A stretch of 64,000 nucleotides of DNA from Octopus sinensis (taxonomy: Eukaryota), in the NCBI RefSeq assembly GCF_006345805.1, contig NC_042997.1, forward strand, positions 131,316,001-131,380,000. Reading direction: 5' to 3'. The notes beneath the pieces are model-generated. The model was not told the DNA's origin. It saw nothing but the letters and a program-made list of their open reading frames with translations, and made no database searches. Below, piece by piece: positions 11,530-24,135 of the stretch (position 1 is the first letter of the stretch; each line of letters begins with the position of its first letter). Made by a program: the position numbers and the translations under genes.

Positions 11530-13570
11530 TCTTTTAATGAAAAGCTCATATAATTTAGAAGAACCCATCAGCGGACCAGTCCAAATTTCCAATAGAAAAA
11601 AAAAACATTTGTTAAACAATCAGGTGGCTGTAATTAACAGAAATTTAACCTCTCCAGTTTCAAATCACCGTAACGCTAAACAATTTTATTACATTTATTT
11701 TTATTTCTATATACTTTCAAAAAGGTGGACGAAAACCTATGGTTGCAAAAAAAGGATCACCTCAGTAAATCTATTTAAAGTTTTTGGCCCAAAAGACTTA
11801 AGGATAGCAAGGGATTCCTTTACACACAACTTACACTTATTTATATTTACTCTGAAGTAAGAGGCTCTCGAAATAATGGACCATTCTATTATTCTTCTTT
11901 AAATCATGTAAATAAGATGCAAGTATGGTAGAGCTACAGTATTTTTTGTTTGAGAATGAGCTCATGTGGGCCCTAAATCTAGCCTTAAAATTTACTGTAC
12001 TACCTATATAAAATTTATTTAAATTATCTTCATCCTTAACAATGCATTTATATACTGCAATGGTAATTCGACAGAACCTGTCAAGGGGACATAATCCAGG
12101 GTTTCTACAATTACATGATTTCCCAGGGTCATCCCTAACCTTATTCTACTACTAACAATACTTGTTGTCAGGTTTCCCATATTCACACCTTCACATCTCT
12201 CATTACTGGGTTTCGATACACCATGTGGGAGCAAAATGTTGGCATCACTAACCTTAGGTGTATCAGAACTTACCTGCCCAGAACCGGGGTTTCTATCAGA
12301 ACATCTCCAGTGCCCTTGCCCATTTAACTTGCTTTTATTTATAAATGCAATAATGGAGGCCAAATTTGGCATTACTGAGTAGGAGAACTTGATAGAAGAC
12401 TTGTTGCAAATGCTGTAGTATTTATGACTCTAAGGGAAGTTCTCCTCTAGAATCTTAAAAAACATCTTGAGCAAATTTCTCACTCTAAGAGAAAAAGGTG
12501 GGGCATGAACCATATTATTTCTCTTATTCTAGAACGTGAGCTCTTAGTTTTACTAATCTCCTCACTAGCACTATTTTGCTTCCTATACCTATTTCTAACA
12601 TCTTTAAATACGTTTCTAACCAATGGCTTATTTTGGTTGCAATCGGGTAATACATTGAATTTGTCCCAATCAACCATGACATGGTCAGGTGGCAGACCAG
12701 CCATCTTGTTTCTAAATCTTGTGTTAGGTATATATGAGATTTTAGTTTTGAATCTGCTTATTTTTAGATTGTTATTGTACACAGGCACATGTTGATCAAA
12801 AATCTCTTCATTTGCAGATAAATTAGAGATTCTGATCGAAATAGCGGTGCTATCTATAGTGGACTTTGAGTGATTGGATGATACATTGATATCTGAGATG
12901 GATTTGTTTAACTTATGAAATGGATAGTATAAATCCCTATCCAAACATAACGTAACATCCAGGAAATTCACTACTCTGGAGTTAATATTAAATATAATGT
13001 TAAGATTAAAGAAATCCTTTAATAAACCCCTCAGTGATTTCCTCAATCTATACAATGCAGTTTTAGACGTACAGCTAGAAATGCATCATCCCTATACAGT
13101 CCCCCGGTGAGGAGAGGGAAACTATCCTTAATCTGCGAATGGAGGTATAGGCCCACTAGGTCAATCACCTGTGCAGAATCAGATGATCTCGTGGTTATAT
13201 CGAAGAAATTGGTGGAATCAACTCTCTACCAATCACATTCATTGTAGGAGATGAAGGTCTCCCTTGCCATTAAAAATACATCAATATCTGAACTAGGTAT
13301 ATCCGCACACTTGCAGGTGAAAATCAAGGCTTTATTCAGCAATATAGGGGATATAGAATTATAATAATTCGAGATATTGAATTGTATAAAATCTAAATTA
13401 GGTTTATCCTTAAGGGAGTCAAACCACACACACACTATGTATATAGTGTGTGATCTAGAGATGTGAAGAGATGTATTGTGTAGGTCTTGCTGAAAGAAAG
13501 AGGATATGTGGATAGCTATTACAGGGTAAGAAAACCTGTTGTAGTTACAGAATAGGTAGAAGGAAGACAA
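11530..13570 (-). mobile_element. Penelope-like retroelement (RT plus C-terminal GIY-YIG endonuclease), decayed and 5'-truncated
   Basis: In order on the minus strand: FIQFNISNYYNSIS (motif A, D>N), DITTRSSDSAQVIDLVGLYL (motif B), GLYRDD (13085-13096), FLDVTL...SNHSKS, IIWF, MPNLASII, CNCRNPGLCPL, AVY...YIGST (YIG 12002-12010), WSIISRA, CKLCVKE. Several frameshifts and stops. Confidence 0.92.
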
Positions 13571-14606
13571 AAACTCTGTGAACCAGAAGCTGATTAAAGG
13601 AATTTAGGGATATGATAACAGGATAGGTTGAAGGTGGAGTCTTTATTAATTTCTACAGTATTCTCCTATGATTTGAATTCACTTACTCCTAGTGTTTTTA
13701 GAATTCAACTATCTCAGTTCGAACATTTTGTTACTGAAAAATCCCCAAATTTGAATAGGAATGGTTTTAAAATAGGATTGTTTACTCTAACTTCTTCCAA
13801 AAGCAACTATTGTATTGACTGTTGCTGTCAATCACAAACCTACCAATTCTACTGATTATTGGTGTTGTGCAGTGAATCAGTTGCCACTTGCATATCAAAA
13901 ATCCTATCTGTTTCTAGTTCACTACATACAGATGGTTTACAATGGCATGGTGTTTGCCTTTTAGGCTTAGATCCATCTAACTGCATCATTACCCTTGCTA
14001 TGATACTACTCTACCATCTCTGTCAGCAGATAGCTAATGAAATGCTTGTGAACATTGATTGAAAATCAATGCAATAAAAATATCCCTTTAAGATAAACAA
14101 GAGATTTCATTTCTCCTTTCCTCAACATCCCCATCTCCCTCTTTGTTGCATTCTCTGAAAGAATCTGTTGCTAGGATTTGGGAGAAAACTGAAGATGGTT
14201 GCCTAAACAGGAAGGAAAAATCATGTAAACATTGGCTGGCTTATAAATGTTAACTTCCCACCATGATTTTGAAAAAGGAAATTAAACCAATGAAATATAG
14301 CCTTCAGCTGTATAAAGAGAACCAGCATGAATATGTTTTCATTGATATTATATATATAACATTACGTGTGTGTGTACTTAGATAAATGGCATTCATAGTA
14401 AAGATAAAAAAAAACTACAATTTTTATATTCTTATTGTTGTGTATCTATATATAGTCACATGATGAGTTTATTACCAAAACCTTTAACTCTTTGCCTGTC
14501 CTTGCATTTTCATAAGTTTGTCTTAAACGTCTATGCTGGTTTTCAGACTTTTAGTAATATAAAGCCAAACCTTTTATAAGTGGTTGGAAAAATTAGGAAT
14601 GTGTAC

Positions 14607-14893
14607 CATTCAGTGCTGCAATGACTGGATGTTCCTGACACCAGGGAAAAGAGTATCCAGCTTGCAGGTGCCATTGCAAGCTGAAGAGAAAATACATTTT
14701 TTTTTCAGGTGCCCATCTATCAATATCAAGGCACATGCCAGGAAAATGTTCTGCATCTCACGTGTGACATGCACAGTAGGCAAAGGGTTAACAGTAGTAT
14801 TTGAACTGGAATTTATACAAAAGCAATTCCTATTTTTACTTGCTGGGTCTGGCAAAAGGAACAGTACCCATGGCTTTTGCAGGACTTCCAAAA
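14607..14893 (-). CDS. Candidate two-exon fragment (14893-14840 and 14680-14607): FGSPAKAMGTVPFARPSNLQWHLQAGYSFPWCQEHPVIAALNG
   Basis: Acceptors ttaattttaccAG and gtattttctcttcAG, 159-nt GT-AG intron, phases join in frame. Donors are weak, and a competing plus-strand acceptor sits at 14708. Confidence 0.2.
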
Positions 14894-15926
14894 CTGGTAA
14901 AATTAATGCCACTAATGCTCTTCAAACATTTTAAAGTCATTACATAAATAACTCCTAACTAGTTAACAAAGCAGCTTTTCTGCAGTTTCTCAATAGGTTT
15001 GAGCCTTTGTCAAGAGTCTATAGGCTCCTTAGGCAGGAGCCCATCCCAGTTTCTATAGTATACAAGTGATCAAGAGTACAATGCTTTTCCTGAATGGGAG
15101 TCTGTCACAAGGTTAGCTCTCAGCTGTTACTAGTTCTTATTAAGTGGGCTGAAGTAATATGGAATCTTGTTCTAGTCAAGAACACAATGTGCTCACCTGG
15201 TGTAGGGACTGAAATTATGACATTAGGACTGTGTCTCACGACCTAACCGCAATGTCTTTTACCTTCACAGCATACTAAAAATAGTAAACAAATCTCTTTT
15301 GAATCACACCTTACATAGATAAATAATACATCAAAGTAATTCTAGATACACTTACCTGAAAGAAGGCTGGATGGCCATGGCTGGAATGGACTGTTTTTGA
15401 TCAGAAATTTGCATAAACTTGAATTTGACCTGGAGCCAAGCAAGAACTCTCTTCATGAGAGCAAGTGATAATGTGCAGCACAGCAACTAATTTTACGGAA
15501 ATATCTCTCAAGATAGATTTTGACAGTAAAGAGTTAATATTTATTTACAGGAAGTAATATATCCGATAGAGAAAATTAAAAATACATCATAGCAAATCTT
15601 AGAATAGCAAATCTTAGAAAATTGTTTCCATTTAATTATGTCCTGTGATCTTCGTTAATCAATAGATCTTGGAGTAGTTTTACATGTAGGCCAAAACATC
15701 CATCCAGTTGTCTTGGTTTCATCAAATACAATTAGAATAATTTTCTGAAATGAGATTTTGCTTACTGATCAATTTGACTTTTGTTATTTTAATATAATTT
15801 TACTGCTGTGATCATTTTTATCATTGTAAAGCGCCAGACTTAAATATCAAACTCATTGGTTTTGAGATCAAACCATAGTGAAGTTGATAGAATAAGTGCT
15901 ACTATTATATCGAAATTGGGGCAATT

Positions 15927-16230
15927 GGTCGCTCTCTCTCTCTCTCTCTCTCTTCCTCTCTCTCTCTCTCTTCCTCTCTCTCTCTCTCTTCCTCTCTCTC
16001 TCTCTCTCTTCCTCTCCCTCTCTCTCTTCCTCCCTCTCTCTCTCTCTTTCCCTCTCTGTCTTTCCCTCTCTCTCTCTTCCCCTCCCCCTCTCTACCTCTT
16101 TCTCTTCTCCTCCTCTCTCTCTTCCTCTCTCCCCCTTTCCTTCTCTCCCCCTCTCCCCTCTCTTCCCCTCTCTTCTTCCCTCTCTCGTCCTCTCTCTCCC
16201 CCACCCCTCTCTCTTTCTCTTTCTCCCCCT
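15927..16230. repeat. (CT)n/CTTCCT low-complexity tract
   Basis: Direct inspection. Confidence 0.9.
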
Positions 16231-17207
16231 ACAATTATTGGATTTGTGCTAAGTTGAAAGAATTTCTTTTTTTTTTTTTTTAAACCCTTCAACTGCAAAA
16301 TTAAATTTCATGGTTATTCCAATAATGTTAAATATCTACCAAAAACTAGAACTGGTATTTCCTGCAAGCCACATTGCCCCAATGAGCTTGGCATATCTCA
16401 ACAGAAAACAGTTTCAAACTTGACCTACCTCAACAAAAGGTAAATTGGTATTTAAAATTGCTTTCTGCCACTAAGGATAATGAAATTTTGAGTGGATATG
16501 TCTGCTTTCATGTTGTCAAGTGTTATGGTTTGTTGACAGTGTCAGAGAAGGCAGCTCAACTGGCTGTAAAGTTGATCAACCCTAGGTTAGCTCTGATCAA
16601 GCAGATTCACTATTGGAAGCCATTCCATTGATGACCATCCTGGCAGGGTTCTGAATGTGTATCTAGGACTGCATTACCTGATGTGTTCTTTTGTTTTTAA
16701 ATTAGTAGGTTGCTATGGTTTGATGATTCTTGAAGCCTGAGGACCATGGATGCTTAATCATTGGCCACTGGATTGGAATGGTTGTTAGTTCTCATCAGTG
16801 TTCCGAGTTCAAATTCTATTGAGGTTGACTTCCTTAATGATCCTCCACCCCCCACCCCACCAAAATGATTATAAACACCAGCATTTATATTTTAGTTCTA
16901 AATACAAAAAGGATTTTTGTTTCATATAAACATATTAATTAGGTGCTGCTTGTGTCCTAATTGAATAGTTTATGCCTAAAGCCATTTTAGAAACAAGCAT
17001 TTGCTTTCTATTTCAGAGCCTCATTATCCAATATATCCTTCCTTATTTAACACAGGATGTTATTTGAGGTTTAGTTGCTGTTTTTAACAAGTTAAACAAC
17101 CACATTAAGGTTCTCTTGTTGTTAACTGTTAGGTAAATATGTAGACAACTGTTAAAAATAAAATTGTTTAACTATACGCATGCATATAACTTTTTCAATT
17201 ATTCTTC

Positions 17208-17290
<83 letters not shown>

Positions 17291-17620
17291 AGAACCATGC
17301 TAATAGATTTGGAGTGAAATTTAAGATTTCTCGGTTTTCTGTGAATCAATTTCGATAAAACTTTTCCCAGCTGGTTTACACCCTATAGCAACACTATTAT
17401 GTTTTCATTATTCTGTGTAACGTCCTTTCTTTCTTATTTCAGATTATTTAGTTTTTGGATGAACCACACTAATACCTTTCGAATGAAAATAGTCCATCTA
17501 GGCATTTTTTTTCTTTTCAGAAAATGAAAAGTAATGATACTTATTAAGCATACATTGAGAATATATTTAACAGAAAACCATAATATTATAACATTTGACA
17601 CAATGAGTTATTTAGTCATA

Positions 17621-17809
17621 TACTCTTTTACTCTGTTACTTGTTTCAGTCATTTGACTGCGGCTATGCTGGAACACCACCTATTAGTTGAGCAAATTGAC
17701 CCCAGGACTTATTCTTTAGAAGCTTAGTACTTATTCTATCAGTCTCTTTTGCCAAACCGCTAAGTTACGGGGACATAAACACACCAGCATCGATTGTCAA
17801 GCAATGTTG

Positions 17810-17853
<44 letters not shown>

Positions 17854-18039
17854 CGATGGGCTTCTTTCAGTTTCCATCTACCAAATCCACTCACAAGGCT
17901 TTGGTCTGCCCAAAGCTATAGTAGAAGACACTTGCCCAAGGTGCCACGCAGTGGGACTGAACCCAGAACCATGTGGTTGGTAAGCAATCTACTTACCACA
18001 CAGCCACTCCTGCATCTGCTACACAGCCACTCCTGCGCC
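17621..18039 (-). mobile_element. SINE family A nested in the Tc1 element
   Basis: Reverse complement of the family A consensus; short duplication of the head end at 18021-18039. Confidence 0.9.
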
Positions 18040-18795
18040 ATTTCAGTAGATAACTTCAAAAACCCTATTAGTCATGGAATCTGTCAATCTCTTAATGGTA
18101 GCAGGTTGGACTGCCTCTGCTGCAGCTTTGATGGTCACCCATATGACATCTTTCAACATAAATTTGCATCCATTGGTATAAACATCTTGTTTAATGATGG
18201 ACCAAAGATTTTCGATAGGTTGAGATCCAGAGATGCTGGTGGCCACACCTTCAACCTTTCACCTTGTATGCTGTAAGACCTTAGTAATGTTTGGGTAGTT
18301 CTAGCAGAGTGGGAGGGAGTGTTGTCATGCATGAATACGAGATTCCTTAGAAGTGACAGCAGTATGTCATCTAGCCAAGGATTCAAGACCCTCCTTCACA
18401 AGATTGCAATAGGTGGCTGCTGTCACTTTAACTGCTTCAGGCACCTTGACTGGGCCAAGAAGTCTATCCCCACTAATACCAGCTCACATGACTCCTCCAC
18501 CCTGTCGTTGATGTCATAAACGTTGCTGCTCATCACCAAAATAGGCCCAACCATTTGCCCAACCGTCAGGTCCATCAAGGGTCCCCCTGGTTTTGTCAGT
18601 GAAAAGAAAACAACTCATGTTGTTTTCTGTCATCCTGTACTTTTGAGCCCATTGATGCCTCAAACTCCTGTGATGGGGTGTTAAAGGAGGCAGTTTCAAT
18701 AATTCTTGCACAGAAACCATGGTCCTGAGGATGCGATTTCTGGTGATATTCAGTACATGAGAAGGTCCAGAGGTGGTGAAAATGGCTTTGCTTGC

Positions 18796-18983
18796 TTTTC
18801 TCTTCCTTTTCTCTTTTACTTGTTTCAGTCATTTTGACTGTGGCAATGCTGGAGCACAGCCTTTAGTCGAGTAAATCAAATCCCAGGACTTATTCTTTGT
18901 AAGCCTAGTACTTATTCTATCAATCAAGCGATGTTGGGAGACAAATATAAGACACACAAACATACACACACACACACATATAC

Positions 18984-19037
<54 letters not shown>

Positions 19038-19200
19038 GACGGGCTTCTTTCAGTTTCCGTCTACCAAATCCACTCACAAGGCTTTGGTTAGCCCAAGGCT
19101 ATAATAGAAGACACTTGCCCAAGGTGCCATGCAGTGGGACTGAACCTGGAACCATATGGTTGGTAAGCAAGCTACTTACCACACAGCCACTCCTACACCT
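18796..19200 (-). mobile_element. SINE family A nested in the Tc1 transposase, internally deleted
   Basis: Family A sequence splits the transposase between ...RG*PG and SKAIF... Confidence 0.9.
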
Positions 19201-19548
19201 GGTCCAGGTTACCCACGTTACTTGTGGCTAATATTCCTTAAATCCTTAGCTGTCAGTCTCAGCAGTCCCACAATTGGATTATTTCTTCCTTGGCAATGAC
19301 ATGAAGAGAGGTGCCTTTAACATTTTCCTTGATGATGACAGACTTTTCTCCATTGTTAAGGCCTTTCCCACGTCCCACTGCTCTTAGAGAGGAGAGAAGC
19401 TATTAGTGTGGTTCACCCAAAAACTGAGTTGCCATAGTGTGCAAACCAGCTGGGAAAAGTTTTATCAAAATCGATTCAGAGGAAACTGAGAAATCCTAAC
19501 TTTCACTCCTCAGCTATTAGCCTGGTTCTGGGTGTGTGTGTGTGTGTT

Positions 19549-19609
<61 letters not shown>

Positions 19610-19895
19610 TCATATCATCATTTAAGGCCCATTTTTCATGCTTGCATGAGACGGAGGGTTTGACAGGAGCTGGCCAGCTGAAGAGCTCCCCAAGCTACGT
19701 GTCTGTTTCGATGTATCTATGGGCGGATGCCCTTCCTGACATCAACTGCTTTACAGTGTACTTAGTGCTTTTACACAGCACCAGCATGGGTAATTTTACA
19801 TGGCACCTGTACAGTGCTTTTTATGTGGCACCAGAACCCACAAGCCTGCAAGGTTGGGAATGCTTAGGTGGAGAGGGATGCATGGAATAGATATT

Positions 19896-20306
19896 TCTCT
19901 TTTTATTCTCTTTTACTTGTTTCTGTAATTTGACTGCAGTCATGCTGGAGCACCACCTTTAGTCAAGCAAATCAACCCCAGGACTTATTCTTCGGAAGCC
20001 TAGTACTTATTCTATCAGTCTCTTTTGCCAAACAGCTAAGTTATGGGGACATAAACACACCACCATCGGTTGTCAAGCAATATTGGGGGGACAAACACAG
20101 ACACAAAAACATATATACACAAAAACATATATACACACAAACATATATACACACAAACATATATACACACAAACATATATACACACAAACATATATACAC
20201 ACAAACATATATACACACAAACATATACACACACAAACATATACACACACAAACATATATACACACAAACATATACACTCACATACATATATATATATAT
20301 ATGATG

Positions 20307-20341
<35 letters not shown>

Positions 20342-20507
20342 TACGACGGGCTTCTTTCAGTTTCCGTCTACCAGATCCACTCACAAGGCTTTGATCGGCC
20401 CGAGGCTATAGTAGAAGTCACTTGCCCAAGGTGCTACGCAGTGGGACTGAACCCAGAACCATGTGGTTGGTAAGCAAGTTACTTACCACACAGCCACTCG
20501 TGCGCCT
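19896..20507 (-). mobile_element. SINE family A with an expanded internal 16-bp minisatellite
   Basis: Family A ends; the centre carries about ten copies of ACACACAAACATATAT (20100-20280). Confidence 0.9.
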
Positions 20508-22262
20508 ATATATCTATCTATCTATCTACACTCACACATACAGTTTAGTAAGTAAATAAATTTTGTTAAAATGTTCCAACATTGTCTCATAGTGATAAAT
20601 AAAATGTCAACAAAATATCGACAATTTACTTTAACGCCTACTGCCTACCCTGAGTATATACTTGCAGTACATGTCTATATACTACACCTTCCCACACTGC
20701 AGCATGCACGTGATATGTGCATTTGATATCACGTGCAAAACTATTCAAGAGCTTAGTGTGCACATCTAAGAGAAGTGTCTAGTCTATTATATACACAGAA
20801 ATAATATACATTTAACTAATTATCTATATATAGTTTTGTTATTCTTTTCTATTTGCTATATTTTTATATTTTTACTGTGGAAACTAATTTAATTTTAAAT
20901 TTTCATTTTTGCCTTCCACTCTTGTATTCTTTCTTGCCACTTAATTCCATATAAAAGAAATTTTTTCTCTTTCATTCCTCCCCATTCATTCACATTAATG
21001 TTATCAACTAACTTACTTAGCTTCGTTGAAATTTATGATTATCATTATCACATTTTTATTTTATTATTTTTTCATCATACATGCAGCACCCCTCTTTCCT
21101 CCAGTCTATAGAAAATTTTGTATTTTATGAGTTTTTCATTTTGCTGGAAGTGTTAATCAATAAACAGTTTTTGCAAGCTCTCAGACTTCCCCCATTCCTC
21201 TGACTTCCATTGATCATCTACATGGCTTCTGTAGGAACTGATACAACCGTCCATCTCTTGCATTCTAGCCATGGAATTTCCTCTTGTACACCATACTGTT
21301 GAGAGGCTAAACACTTGATCTGAAATCTCAGTAAGATATTTCAAAGGGAAATATCACATCATGGTGTCATCCTTCCCTGGCAAAACTTATTGTTTTCTGC
21401 TATGCGTTAACCTCCTACCCCTTTCTTCTACAGCTGACTGATTTGTTTACCGTTTCCTCATTGTCTGCATCAGTAGCACTAAGCTTTAACTCTAACTCCT
21501 CTCTGTACTATTATCCAAAGTCAGGATCTTTGTCTCCTTTCCATGTAATTAACATATATGGCCTCTCAATGTTGTTTTTTTCTTCAATTTCGTTATAAAA
21601 TTTATTCAAATAATACACAACATTCCTCCTTTCTTCATTCTATCCCAGCATCTGTAACCTTCTCACAAGAATATGGAATAATGGTTTTAAGAGATTTCTC
21701 TACTGAAGATGTAAAAGACAAAGTTGACAGTAAACTTTAACACATATTAAATAGATTTTGCTTTTTTTTTTTTGTTTTTAATATATTTATTTTCAGCATC
21801 TTTCTGTTGTCAGTCTCCATTGATCTGGAATTTCCAATTTTCTTCTGCTTGCTTTATGTATGTATGTATGTATATTCCATGAAGAACTCTAAACTAGATT
21901 TATTTTCCATGAATTCTACAGATGAGATAATAAATTCCTCATCACCAAAGATGGACTTACGTTATGGACTTCTGTAATTGTCTTATACTATCTGATTCAA
22001 GCAAATAAATGCTTGTTTCTCCATAACAAAATGCATTCTTTTTCTCTTTAATTTCAGTGATACATTTTTGGTTTCTTTACTATGCTTTTCCAAGCAGATG
22101 ATGATGATGATAATAACAATAATAATAATAATAATAATTCTTTCTAATTTTTGTCCAAGGCCAGCAATTTTGAGAGAAGTCAGTACCATAGACCCAGTAC
22201 TAGACTAATACTTTACTTTATTGATCCCAAGGAGGATGATAAATTTTACTTAAAAGAATTCA

Positions 22263-22540
22263 TTGCCAGTGCCGCTGGACTGGCTCCTGTGCAGGTGGCA
22301 TGTAAAAAAAAACACCATTTGAGCATGACCGTTGCCAGTACCACCTGACTGGCCCTCATGCCAGTGGAACGTAAAAGCACCCACTACACTCTCAGAGTGG
22401 TTGGCGTTAGGAAGGGCATCCAGCTGTAGAAACTCTGCCAGATCGGATTGGAGCCTGGTGCAGCCATCTGGTTTGCCAGTCCTCAGCCAAATTGTCCAAC
22501 CCATGCTAGCATGGAAAGCAGACGTTAAACGATGATGATG
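22263..22540 (+). mobile_element. SINE family B, 3' part with (GAT)n tail
   Basis: ...ccatgctagcatggaaagcagacgttaaacgatgatgatg. Confidence 0.85.
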
Positions 22541-22876
22541 AATTTGAACTGAGAACATAGAGAGCCAGAAATATTGCTATGTATTTTTTCCAATACTCCA
22601 CTGATTCTGCAAATAGGACTCATGCGATAAACAGTTTTCTTTCCTTGAAATTTGTGGCCTTCTGCTTTGACAAAATTATTACAGCATTGAACAGGGTACT
22701 TGGCAGTTTTTATTATTTTTTTTCTAGCTTTTCACATTTTGAATTCAAATCTTGGTGAGGCCGACTTTGTCTTCCAATAAAATAAAGTACTGATAAGGTA
22801 CTAGTCAATGGTACGGGTTCAATTTCTACTAAAACTGACCTTGTGCCAAAATATGAACAATTATTGATACATGAAT

Positions 22877-23264
22877 ACTCTTTTATTTGTTTCAGTCATT
22901 TGACTGTGGCCATGCCGGAGCATCACCTTTTAGTTGAACAAATCGACCCCAGGACTTATTCTTTGTAAGCCTAGTACTTATTCTATCGGTCTCTTTTGCC
23001 AAACCGCTAAGTTAGGGCACGTAAATACACCAGCATCGGTTGTCAAACCATGTTGGACAACAAATACAGACACACAAACATACACATATATATACATATA
23101 CGCGACAGGCTTCTTTCAGTTTCCGTCTACCAAATCCACTCACAAGGCTTTGGTCGGCCCAAGGCTATAGTAGAAGACACTTGCCCAAGGTGCCACGCAG
23201 TGGGACTGAACCTGGAACCATGTGGTTGGTGAGCAAGCTACTTACCACACAGCCACTCCTGCAT
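22877..23264 (-). mobile_element. SINE family A flanked by a 57-bp duplication
   Basis: Family A sequence; direct repeats at 22820-22876 and 23275-23331. Confidence 0.9.
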
Positions 23265-23704
23265 GCTGCATGTCCAATTTCTACCAAAACTGACCTTGTG
23301 TCAAAATAAGAACAATTATTGATACATGAATGATAATAGCCTTGAGATTTCTGTACAGTACTACTGACCACAAAACCAACAGCTGTTGTTGCAGAGAGTT
23401 CTAGAAATGGAGTATATTTTGCGTAGAGACGAGAAAGAATACAAGTCTAACTATTCAGTGAGAACGCTTCATTGGAGAGGGATGAAATGTTGACTGGTTT
23501 TGCAAGATAAATAAAGAGTAATAAGAGAGAGGAGGAGTAGGAGGACGAAAAGTGATTATATTGGTAAAGAAGAATAAGGGAAGAGGGAGAAGAGGTAACA
23601 AGTGTTAGTGGCTGGGAAGGGAGCAATGGAGCGAGGAGAAAATAAAAGGAATGCCAATAGATTTGAAAACTCATTGAGGGAAAGGGAACGTAATGATGGA
23701 AGTA

Positions 23705-23728
23705 CTATATACACACACACACACACAC

Positions 23729-23778
<50 letters not shown>

Positions 23779-23788
23779 TATATACATG

Positions 23789-23848
<60 letters not shown>

Positions 23849-23875
23849 TATACATGCACACACACATACACACAC

Positions 23876-23915
<40 letters not shown>

Positions 23916-23944
23916 TATATACATGCACACACACATACACACAC

Positions 23945-24003
<59 letters not shown>

Positions 24004-24135
24004 ATATATGCACATACGTACATGCATATATGTAAATATATTTAAATGTAAGTACTTGTATAAACAATTGTACAACCATGCATGCATACACACACTTCCC
24101 ATGTGTGTGTGTGTGTCTATATGTACACACACATA
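23705..24135. repeat. Compound (TA)n/(CA)n microsatellite with higher-order repetition
   Basis: Recurring block cacacacat-(ta)n-cacacacatatatacatgca. Confidence 0.9.

Larger units (their letters stand above)
17288..19532 (-). mobile_element. Tc1-family DNA transposon with both TIRs; transposase pseudogene
   Basis: TIRs 17288-17392 and 19428-19532 (~105 bp, CCCAGAACC...GCAAC). Minus-strand GRGKGLNNGEKSVII (HTH start), FLFTDKTRGTLDGPDGW, FMHDNTPSH, WPPASLDLN/PIENLW (DDE). Frameshifted and interrupted by two SINEs. Confidence 0.92.

Noticed and set aside
11520-11700. Hammerhead motif expected at the Penelope 3' end (CTGATGGG on the minus strand)
   Set aside because: No downstream GAAA or stem II; it cannot be folded as a hammerhead.
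13628-14062. Two consecutive same-frame ORFs separated by one stop
   Set aside because: No recognisable domain or splice context on either strand.
15335-15370. Minus-strand TTCTTTCAG|GTAAGT resembling a recursive splice site
   Set aside because: It lies in a degenerate dispersed repeat (gatggccatggctggaatg...), with no evidence of a host intron on that strand.
21153-21344. 63-aa minus-strand ORF with protein-like composition
   Set aside because: No motif recognised; the length is within chance expectation.
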